Positions 26,178 to 35,300 of a DNA stretch of 64,000 nt are shown piece after piece; the stretch's first letter is position 1, and each line of letters begins with the position of its first letter. The stretch is from Auanema rhodensis. Its lineage: Eukaryota > Animalia > Nematoda. The stretch is taken from positions 13,082,001 through 13,146,000 of the forward strand of contig OZ059894.1 of NCBI GenBank assembly GCA_964057225.1, written 5' to 3'. Position numbers and translations under genes: made by a program. The notes under the pieces were generated by a model, which was not told where the DNA came from, did not search any database, and worked only from the letters and a program-made list of their open reading frames with translations.

Positions 26178-29100
26178 TTACATATGAAGGCGTCCCTGTC
26201 TTCTCGTTTTGGCCATTTCTTGACGTGATGAAAAATTGCGTTTTCGAGTCTTCGGAGACGGTTCCTCAGCTGACTTCCTTTCGATTGTGATATGGTAAGA
26301 ACTGTCCACCAGCTTCACAAGGTGTATAGATAGTGTCCATAGGAAAATCTCGGCTTCTTCTGCGTTCAAATAGGTCTTCTTTACCAGCCCCAGGCATCCC
26401 TGCACATCGAGTAAACGAATCGCTCCCAAGTCTAGATCCCCGATGGTGTCGATCTTAGCCTCAACGCTATCGGCTTCAAGCCACATTTTTAGAACCCGAA
26501 CCTCCTGTTCGATCTCCTCTACGACTTCCTCGTAGCCCACCGTTGTAACGGGCGGGTATACCACCACTATCCTTCTGGTGTGATGTTTTTCAGTAAATTC
26601 TCGTAACATCTTAACCGGTAGCCAATTTTTGATATCGGCTCGAACCATCTTTGGTAAGGCGATAACTAGGTTTGGGACATCTCCCCAATCTTCTCCTAAA
26701 GCGTCTGAGACACCTCTACGTACATTTCCTATCCGTACCGCTCCACCTTTGATGTGAAAAACTCCAGGCTCCTTTACTATCATCATTGAAGGAGGCAGGA
26801 TAAGTAAATTATCTTTCTTTGCCGACAACTTCTCAACCGACTTTACATTTCCTCGTATCCTGTTTAACAACCGTTCTTGTAGCATACTTTCAGTTGCACT
26901 GAAATGAGTTGAGTTAACATATACTTGTGACACAACCGCATTTGCGTCTTTACGAGGCCTTCCTCTCGTACGTCTGCCTTTCCCTATACACTTAGGCTCA
27001 CCCATACTCTTATCTACAGGTATTAATAGGTCATGCTGCACGCGCATCTCATTCCTATTTCGACTCTCTTGTATTGTAGCCGAAGTAGCCCCCGCATCTA
27101 CGACGGTACATGGACCTTTCATATTATGCATTAATTTACGATGGGGATCTGCATTATTTCCTAACTTCAGATACACCGTATCTCCCGTTTTTGGTAGTTT
27201 GTCCATATTGACTTTTTTTACCGTGTCATATCTCTTTTTCATTCTTTCTGCTTGCTTTACAAGGTTATCCTTAGCTAAACCTTGTGCATAAGCGAGTACT
27301 TCTCTTAACTCACTTATATAATCTTCATACTGTGTCAAATGTGACATAGGCTCATACTTTCCCATAATCTCGGGTGGAGCTCTACCGTACACTAACTCAT
27401 AAGGTGTAAACCCAGTACTTTCATGACTGGATGTATTGTATGCGAATACAACGAAAGGCAGAAGCCTATCCCACTCTGCTGGGGTGACTGTCTGCTTTTT
27501 TAACATCCTCTGTAGTGTTTGTTGCGCTCTTTCAACACTTCCGTTCATGCGCGAGTTATACCCCTTGGTCTTGGCTAGTTCAATATCGAACTGCCTACTT
27601 AACTCTTCCAATAGCGAGTTGTCAAATTCCGTACCTTGATCTGACAAGATTTTCCTAGGCCACCATCCACACCTGGCTACCCATTCATATGCTATAACGT
27701 CGCATACTTCTCTTGCGGATTTAGTCTTTAGCGCATATGCACCCATCCACTTGGAAAAGTGATCTACTATCGTTAGAACATACTCATGTCCTCTCGTAGT
27801 CTTTCCTAACTCTAACAGGTCTATCGCTATTAATTCAAATGGCGAACTTGTTAAAATTGGCTTTAGTGGCGGAACTTGACTACCTTTCATATTTGTTAGC
27901 TTGCATTCTATGCATTTTTTGTGATACTCTCTCACATCTTTCTCTAACCCTTTCCACCAATAGTGTTCTTTCAATCTTTTTACAGTACGTGGAATACCGA
28001 AATGTCCTGCCCACTTCCCCCCGTGATATTGTTCTACGAGTTTGGGTCTTACGGTGGTTGGCGCCACTTTACGCGTATTACCGTAATCATCAATACGGTA
28101 CAAAAACTCGTTGACAATTTCATAATTAGGAATATTCCTACCACTACGAATGTCATCGATTATTTCTTTCATTTCACTGTCCGTTTCAAGCTCTTGTAAC
28201 CATTTCTCTTTTTCTATGATCTGTGCTATTACGGTTTCATTTATAATATGTGATAGTTCTATGCCATCAGCATCTTGCACTGGCCCTCTCGATAAAGCGT
28301 CTGCTATCTTGTTAGTGGTACCTTTAACATATTCTATGCGTATTCTATACCCTCGCAGTTCGATGGCCCACCTCATTACTCTAGCGGACGTATTTGTCCC
28401 TGAGAATAGTGCTAACAAGGGCTGGTGGTCAGTCCTTACCACACATTCACACCCGTATATAATAGGATGGAATCTTTTGACTGCGTGTATTACTCCTAGA
28501 CCTTCCAGGTCTGTTACTGTGTAATTTCGCTCATGTTTCGATAAACTTTTCGATGCAAATGCAATCGGATGTAGAAAACCGTCCTTTGCTTTTTGCGTTA
28601 ACACAGCGCCTGTTCCTATTCTGGAAGCATCGCTATAAATTATGAATGGCGCTTCACCATTCTTCGCCTTTTCTATATCAGGCTGTGCTAGTACTGGCGA
28701 TTTGGCTATGCTATCTCTCAAAAATTGAAAAGCCTCTTTTTCTTTTATTTCCCATACCCATGGTACTGTTTCTTTCGTTAATTCGTATAGTGGTCTAGCC
28801 TTACTGGCAAAACCTGCTACAAACTTTCTATAGAACGTGCACATACCTATAAATGTGCGCAGCTCATCTCTATTTTTTGGCACTGGGAAATCGGTGACTG
28901 CTCTAGTTTTCTCGGGGTTCACTCGAAGTCCCTCTCCATCAACTATATAACCTAAGTATTCTACACTAGGTTGCAGCAATCTGCATTTTTGCGGTTTTAA
29001 TCGCAATCCTGCTTTTTTAAGTACCTCCAGTACACAACGCAAGACTTCTATATGTCTTTCTGCGCTTTCAGTGGCGATCAGTATGTCATCTAGATATACT

Positions 29101-31775
29101 TGTATCTCTGAACCCACCAAACCTGTCGGTTCTAAGACCGCGTCCATAACCCGCTGAAATATAGCCGGGGAATTAATCATGCCAAACGGCAATACGCAAA
29201 ATTGATAAGCGCCCTTGCTCGTGGAAAATGCCGTTTTTTCTCTATCTTTCTGATTTAAGGCTATTTGATAAAATCCGCTCGCGAGATCTAGCGACGAAAA
29301 TATCTTTTTCCCTGCTAAAGCCTGTAAGGCTTGCTCCATGCTGGGCAAGGGGTAAGCGTCTACCTTTGTAAGCTTGTTCAACTCACGAAAATCGACACAC
29401 ATGCGAATGGTGCCATCTTTCTTTTTCACTAACACTAATGGACTGCTCCAAGCAGAGGATGATCTTTCAATTACCCCATGCTTCTCAAGTCCTGTGATCA
29501 ACTCATCTAGCTCTTTACGTAACCCTAATGGTACCGTACGCATTCGTTGTTTTACGGGTTTCGCACTACCGGTGTCTATAAATGCACACCCTTCTGCACT
29601 TGGCTTAAGCTCTGCTTCGGATACTGCAAACGCGTCCGAAAATTCCTCAACAAGGGAGCTCAATTCCTGCTCTTGTTGGCTTTCTACCTTAGACTCTGTT
29701 ATCATGTTTTTCAACATTCCAAGTCTTTCATGCTCTGGTATTTCACTAATACCTCCTGATTCCAATAACGCCTTATATGCTGTAACGTTTGCTATTGTCC
29801 CTACAGCTACGCTATCTTTATCAATCCAAGTACCTACTTGGGTTCCCCGTGGCCAAACTAATGGTACTGGGGTTCTGTTTGTAACTGGGACAGTCCAACT
29901 GTCCTGTTCAAATTCTGTCACTGATGGTATATATGGGTTAGAAGCCCACAATACTACTTGACTATGCCTAGGTTTGCTGATTTCAATCAGTTTAGTCTCC
30001 CCTGGCAACACCAGTGTTCTATGAATCAATTTCACAGCGTTTTCACTAGGTGGCTCAACCTGTATACTCAAACCTAAGGGTTCCCAGATGTTGCGACCTA
30101 ACAGCATCTTACACCCTAGATGTTGGACTATTATTACTCTTGCATCCGTGCTGCGCCCGTTTTTCTTGAGCGTAATATGAGCATCTATCTGGCCCACTAC
30201 TTTCATACGCTCTTGCGATGCAGTCACTAGCTCTGTGGTGCATGGTTCTATCTTTCGCATGATATCGGTGAATGCTGAGCTTTTTACACTAGCTTCCTTC
30301 AGCAATTCCACGTTGATTAAGGTGACCATTGCACCAGAATCCACTAATGCGGACGTGTCAAGCCCAAAAACCACTACTTGCTCGTGGGGTTGGTCTCCTA
30401 ACACGATCCCACTTTTCTGAGCCACTACTTTGTTGACTTTTTTTGGGCAAGCGGACTTAAAATGTCCTGCCTCTCCACACTGAAAGCATTTCCGCTCCAC
30501 TTGCTTAGGCTTTTCAACCTCTAAGTTGGGTTTGCTGTTTCTACCGGCATTCCGGGGTCTATCTATGTGGCGCGATCTACTATCACCCACACCTCTCTTC
30601 CCTGCCTTTTTGTGCTCAGCCTCAATCACTTCGGCCATGTCTCTGGCTTCAATATATGTCCTTCCAGGCGTAGCGCGATTCATGGCTCTACGAACCATAC
30701 CTGAGTTTGGCCAGCGATCTATCACTCGACATAACTCATTCGCCTTAATTTGGGCTAGCTGTAGCCGCGAAAAATCAGGATACGCTCTGGGTACCCACTG
30801 ATCTAAGACCTCACATATGGCGCTTATGCTCATATAAGAAGTTAACCTGGCCAGTTCATCCTGGGCCTTATTTTTCACACTCTCGGAGCCTCCCTCCAGC
30901 TCGCTTCTCATGATTACGATTGTTCCCTCATAATCCTCACTTCTAACACATTCATCTACACTCTCCCATACAGAAAGCGCTCTATGTTCTAAGTGTTCCG
31001 GCAGCAACGCTGCACGTTGTTTATTATTAAGTATTGCGGATGGGAAGCGTGCCTCGAAAGATTTCACGAAACGCGAAAAATGGTCCCCTGACCCACTATA
31101 TGGCTTTAGCTTCGGCATTACTTGGCTTGTAATCCAATTGGAAAACAAGCCCTCACTCATACGTCCATGAGTTAATTCAGACGCACCTATGGTCAGTCCG
31201 TTTGCCTGCCGCCTCTCTTGCTGCTGTTGTCCTGCTCTGTTCATTTGTTCCTGAACAACATAAGGGTAACTGGGATTTTCCCAAGCGTTTCTACCTGGCT
31301 CAACCGTCGGACCGCTTGTACATGACCCTACACCTGCCTCAACATGCGGTGTCGTACTTCTACCCTGAACAAGATTTGGGTTAGTGCTCGAGAACTGAAC
31401 CCGACGCGCCTCCTCCAGCTCAACCTCGAGCCTTTTAGCCTTCTCCAAGGCATTCCAGAGATCTTTCAACGAACTACACCCAAAAGCCGTGAGGACTGGG
31501 CGCATGTCTTCGGGGGTTGAGGTCTGTACCATCCAACACTCCCGAATCCGGCGTATGCTTTCGTCCATAGCCTTCGTGACGTCACTCGGCGGAATGTACG
31601 TATTCTTACGCGCCTTGCATGCACACTCTGCATATCTGGCTAGCTCGGCCTTCATGCCGGTGAAGAGGCGGTCGAGCATATCGAACCTACTAACCTCCAG
31701 TACCACATCGTCTTCTTCGATGCCCTCTTCAACGAGGTCTTCGTACTGCTTGTTCATCACGTCTTCTCCTGACAT
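26178..31775 (-). CDS. gag-pol: Gag-Pol polyprotein, 1865 aa, single uninterrupted frame
   Basis: Motifs in order: capsid-like LKPYSGSGDHFSRFVKSFE; zinc knuckle CFQCGEAGHFKSAC (30447-30488); aspartic protease LVDSGA (DSG 30333-30341); RT SSPLVLVKKKDGTIRMCVDFRELN, LPFG, YLDD (29085-29096); RNase H YSDAS...DLE...TDH...ADALSR; integrase H-x6-H...CIEC, AIDL, SDQG, VER; GPY/F-like KGPC (GPC 27108-27116); then a ~260-aa extension. Confidence 0.97.
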   Translation of the reverse strand: MSGEDVMNKQYEDLVEEGIEEDDVVLEVSRFDMLDRLFTGMKAELARYAECACKARKNTYIPPSDVTKAMDESIRRIRECWMVQTSTPEDMRPVLTAFGCSSLKDLWNALEKAKRLEVELEEARRVQFSSTNPNLVQGRSTTPHVEAGVGSCTSGPTVEPGRNAWENPSYPYVVQEQMNRAGQQQQERRQANGLTIGASELTHGRMSEGLFSNWITSQVMPKLKPYSGSGDHFSRFVKSFEARFPSAILNNKQRAALLPEHLEHRALSVWESVDECVRSEDYEGTIVIMRSELEGGSESVKNKAQDELARLTSYMSISAICEVLDQWVPRAYPDFSRLQLAQIKANELCRVIDRWPNSGMVRRAMNRATPGRTYIEARDMAEVIEAEHKKAGKRGVGDSRSRHIDRPRNAGRNSKPNLEVEKPKQVERKCFQCGEAGHFKSACPKKVNKVVAQKSGIVLGDQPHEQVVVFGLDTSALVDSGAMVTLINVELLKEASVKSSAFTDIMRKIEPCTTELVTASQERMKVVGQIDAHITLKKNGRSTDARVIIVQHLGCKMLLGRNIWEPLGLSIQVEPPSENAVKLIHRTLVLPGETKLIEISKPRHSQVVLWASNPYIPSVTEFEQDSWTVPVTNRTPVPLVWPRGTQVGTWIDKDSVAVGTIANVTAYKALLESGGISEIPEHERLGMLKNMITESKVESQQEQELSSLVEEFSDAFAVSEAELKPSAEGCAFIDTGSAKPVKQRMRTVPLGLRKELDELITGLEKHGVIERSSSAWSSPLVLVKKKDGTIRMCVDFRELNKLTKVDAYPLPSMEQALQALAGKKIFSSLDLASGFYQIALNQKDREKTAFSTSKGAYQFCVLPFGMINSPAIFQRVMDAVLEPTGLVGSEIQVYLDDILIATESAERHIEVLRCVLEVLKKAGLRLKPQKCRLLQPSVEYLGYIVDGEGLRVNPEKTRAVTDFPVPKNRDELRTFIGMCTFYRKFVAGFASKARPLYELTKETVPWVWEIKEKEAFQFLRDSIAKSPVLAQPDIEKAKNGEAPFIIYSDASRIGTGAVLTQKAKDGFLHPIAFASKSLSKHERNYTVTDLEGLGVIHAVKRFHPIIYGCECVVRTDHQPLLALFSGTNTSARVMRWAIELRGYRIRIEYVKGTTNKIADALSRGPVQDADGIELSHIINETVIAQIIEKEKWLQELETDSEMKEIIDDIRSGRNIPNYEIVNEFLYRIDDYGNTRKVAPTTVRPKLVEQYHGGKWAGHFGIPRTVKRLKEHYWWKGLEKDVREYHKKCIECKLTNMKGSQVPPLKPILTSSPFELIAIDLLELGKTTRGHEYVLTIVDHFSKWMGAYALKTKSAREVCDVIAYEWVARCGWWPRKILSDQGTEFDNSLLEELSRQFDIELAKTKGYNSRMNGSVERAQQTLQRMLKKQTVTPAEWDRLLPFVVFAYNTSSHESTGFTPYELVYGRAPPEIMGKYEPMSHLTQYEDYISELREVLAYAQGLAKDNLVKQAERMKKRYDTVKKVNMDKLPKTGDTVYLKLGNNADPHRKLMHNMKGPCTVVDAGATSATIQESRNRNEMRVQHDLLIPVDKSMGEPKCIGKGRRTRGRPRKDANAVVSQVYVNSTHFSATESMLQERLLNRIRGNVKSVEKLSAKKDNLLILPPSMMIVKEPGVFHIKGGAVRIGNVRRGVSDALGEDWGDVPNLVIALPKMVRADIKNWLPVKMLREFTEKHHTRRIVVVYPPVTTVGYEEVVEEIEQEVRVLKMWLEADSVEAKIDTIGDLDLGAIRLLDVQGCLGLVKKTYLNAEEAEIFLWTLSIHLVKLVDSSYHITIERKSAEEPSPKTRKRNFSSRQEMAKTRRQGRLHM

Positions 31776-31935
31776 GGTATCTCTCTGGACTACGGTCTAC
31801 AATAGGTACCGTAACAAAATTCCAAGAAAAAAAATTTGAAATGATTCAAAGAGAACAAGAGAACACAATAGTAACAAGATAACTATAGGGTATAAACTTC
31901 GTAACTTTCACTATATCTTTTTTTTTTTTTAGTTA

Positions 31936-31948
31936 GGCTCGGCCCCCA
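31936..31948 (-). other. Primer-binding site TGGGGGCCGAGCC, likely tRNA-Pro
   Basis: Starts with TGG directly after the 5' LTR terminal CA. It is complementary to a tRNA ending ...GGCUCGGCCCCCA; TGGGGGC is the typical tRNA-Pro PBS start. Confidence 0.82.
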
Positions 31949-32356
31949 TGTGATGGTTTTGGCGTACTGCGAATGTAATTTTGAAAGTTTGACTTTAGAA
32001 AAGCCCTTTATTAAAAGAAGAAACTCAAAAAATTAAACAGAACCAATACAAATATTAAAACTAAATGCTGTAACTCAATAATGAGCTATTATAAGAAAAA
32101 AAAAGTGTGTGTGTATTACGACCCCTAGTTATAACTTGTAAAATAATAAAAAGAAGAAAAGGAACAAAAAGAATAGGTTTCCTTTAAAGCAACGACGATT
32201 CGGACCTTCAGAGAGCAGTCACAGTCTAGATAACTGACTATAGAGCTACAGGCATCCCTTATATAGTATAGAAAGAGCGGGAAAACACCTGGTCAACGAG
32301 ATCAAATATATATAAAAAGTGGAATCGATATACTAGTCGTATATTTAACTACAACA
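31949..32356 (-). repeat. 5' LTR (408 bp)
   Basis: On + it runs TGTGATGGTT...AACTACAACA with an imperfect terminal inverted repeat (7/10). It matches 25759-26166 block for block by eye, lies upstream of the minus-strand ORF and abuts the PBS. Confidence 0.96.
32232..32284 (-). promoter_or_regulatory. Putative LTR core promoter: E2F-like TTTCCCGC, TATA box TATATAAG, initiator TCAGTT
   Basis: On the minus strand: TTTCCCGC (32284-32277), TATATAAG (32265-32258) and TCAGTT (32237-32232). The Inr A at 32235 is 30 nt from the first T of the TATA box, which is canonical spacing. Confidence 0.65.
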
Positions 32357-32360
32357 TCAT
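32357..32360. other. Target-site duplication TCAT, right copy
   Basis: Follows the terminal CA directly and duplicates 25755-25758. Confidence 0.88.
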
Positions 32361-35300
32361 CCAGTTAATAATGTTTTTAACAGTAAAGTAGATATAATTT
32401 TAATTATTTTGATACTCAAAAAATAAAACATGAAAATATTTTATAATTTTCCAATTCATTTTACTCTATTTTCTTCATTTAATCATGTTTCTTGGAACAA
32501 TTTTAAATTTTTACAATAAATTCGAAACAAATCATCCAGTTAATGATGTTTTTAACAGTAAAGAAGTTATAATTTCAAATATTTTGATACTCAAAAAATA
32601 AAACATGAAAATATTTTATAATTTTCCAATTCATTTTACTCTATTTTCTTCATTTAATCACGTATTTTGAAACAATCTCAATTTTTTACAATAGTTTTGA
32701 AACAATTCATTCGTTCATTAAGATTTTAAACAGTGAAAAAAAAAAGTTTGAATATTTTGATACTAAAAAAATAAAACATGAAAATATTTTAAAATTTTCC
32801 AATTCATTTTACTCTATTTTCTTCATTTAATCACGTATTTTGAAACAATCTCAAATTTTTACAATAGTTTTGAAACAATTCATTCGTTCATTGAGATTTT
32901 AAACAGTGAAAAAAAAAGTTTGAATATTTTGATACTCAAGAAATAAAACATGAAAATTTTTTATAATTTTCCAATTCATTTTACTCTATTTTCTTCATTT
33001 AATCATGTTTCTTGGAACAATTTTAAATTTTTACAATAATTTCGAAACAAATCATTCATTTAATAATGTTTTTAACAGTAAAGAAGATATAATTTTAAAT
33101 ATTTTGATACTCAAAAAATAAAACATGAAAATATTTTAAAATTTTCCAATTCATTTTACTCTATTTTCTTCATTTAATCATGTTTCTTGGAATAATTTTA
33201 AATTTTACAATAATTTCAAAACAAATCATCCAGTTAATAATGTTTTTAACAGTAAAGTAGATATAATTTTAATTATTTTGATACTCAAAAAATAAAACAT
33301 GAAAATATTTTATAATTTTCCAATTCATTTTACTCTATTTTCTTCATTTAATCATGTTTCTTGGAACAATTTTAAATTTTTACAATAATTTCGAAACAAA
33401 TCATCCAGTTAATAATGTTTTTAACAGTAAAGAAGTAATAATTTCAAATATTTTGATACTCAAAAAATAAAACATGAAAATATTTTATAATTTTCCAATT
33501 CATTTTACTCTATTTTCTTCATTCAATCACGTATTTTGAAGCAATCTCAAATTTTTACAATAGTTTTGAAACAATTCATTCGTTCATTAAGATTTTAAAC
33601 AGTGAAAAAAAAAAGTTTGAATATTTTGAAACTCAAGAAATAAAACATGAAAATATTTTATAATTTTCCAATTCATTTTACTCCATTTTCTTCATTTAAT
33701 CACGTATTTTGAAACAATCTCATATTTTTACAATAGTTTTGAAACAATTCATTCGTTCATTGAAATTTGAAACATTAAAAACGATCTTAATTTGAATTTT
33801 CTGATACTAAAAAAATAAAACATGGAAATATTTCATAATTTTCCAATTCATTTTACTCCATTTTCTTCATTTAATCACGTATTTTGAAACAATCTCATAT
33901 TTTTACAATAGTTTTGAAACAATTCATTCGTTCTGTAAGATTTTAAACAGTGAAAAAAATAAGTTTAAATATTTTGATACTCAAGAAATAAAACATGAAA
34001 ATATTTTATAATTTTCCAATTCATTTTACTCCATTTTCTTCATTTAATCACGTATTTTGAAACAATCTCAAATTTTTACAATAGTTTTGAAACAATTCAT
34101 TCGTTCATTAAGATTTTAAACAGTGAAAAAAAAAAGTTTGAATATTTTGATACTAAAAAAATAAAACATGAAAATTTTTTATAATTTTCCATTTCATTTT
34201 ACTCCATTTTCTTCATTTAATCACGTATTTTGAAACAATCTCAAATTTTTACAATAGTTTTGAAACAATTCATTCGTTCTGTAAGATTTTAAACAGTGAA
34301 AAAAATAAGTTTAAATATTTTGATACTCAAGAAATAAAACATGAAAATATTTTAAAATTTTCCATTTCATTTTACTCTATTTTCTTCATTTAATCATGTT
34401 TCTTGGAACAATTTTAAATTTTTACAATAATTTCGAAACAAATCATTCGTTTAATAATGTTTTTAACAGTAAAGAAGATATAATTTTAAATATTTTGATA
34501 CTCAAAAAATAAAACATGAAAATATTTTAAAATTTTCCAATTCATTTTACTCTATTTTCTTCATTTAATCATGTTTCTTGGAACAATTTTAAATTTTACA
34601 ATAATTTCAAAACAAATCATCCAGTTAATAATGTTTTTAACAGTGAAGTAGATATAATTTTAATTATTTTGATACTCAAAAAATAAAACATGAAAATATT
34701 TTATAATTTTCCAATTCATTTTACTCTATTTTCTTCATTTAATCATGTTTCTTGGAACAATTTTAAATTTTTACAATAATTTCGAAACAAATCATCCAGT
34801 TAATAATGTTTTTAACAGTAAAGAAGTAATAATTTCAAATATTTTGATACTCAAAAAATAAAACATGAAAATTTTTTATAATTTTCCAATTCATTTTACT
34901 CTATTTTCTTCATTTAATCATGTTTCTTGGAACAATTTTAAATTTTTACAATAATTTCGAAACAAATCATTCATTTAATAATGTTTTTAACAGTAAAGAA
35001 GATATAATTTTAAATATTTTGATACTCAAAAAATAAAACATGAAAATATTTTAAAATTTTCCAATTCATTTTACTCTATTTTCTTCATTTAATCATGTTT
35101 CTTGGAATAATTTTAAATTTTACAATAATTTCAAAACAAATCATCCAGTTAATAATGTTTTTAACAGTAAAGTAGATATAATTTTAATTATTTTGATACT
35201 CAAAAAATAAAACATGAAAATATTTTATAATTTTCCAATTCATTTTACTCTATTTTCTTCATTTAATCATGTTTCTTGGAACAATTTTAAATTTTTACAA

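Larger units (their letters stand above)
25759..32356 (-). mobile_element. Full-length Ty3/Gypsy (Metaviridae) LTR retrotransposon, 6,598 bp, probably Cer-like
   Basis: Two 408-bp direct repeats with TG...CA ends, a flanking TCAT duplication, a PBS, and one ORF with domain order Gag-PR-RT-RH-IN (integrase after RT/RH; YLDD-type RT; single CCHC knuckle). Confidence 0.97.

Noticed and set aside
26193-26210. Purine-rich sense run AAAACGAGAAGACAGGGA as the PPT
   Set aside because: It is interrupted by C, lies inside coding sequence and ends ~26 nt from the LTR, so it would not define the U3 edge in the canonical way.
26178-26940. Env gene or chromodomain after integrase
   Set aside because: No signal peptide, transmembrane helix or separate ORF, and no chromodomain aromatic-cage (Y-x-VKW) pattern.
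27436-31839. Plus-strand ORFs antisense to gag-pol (up to 195 aa at 29374-29961)
   Set aside because: Shadow ORFs of the long minus-strand frame, with no recognisable motifs and several non-ATG starts.
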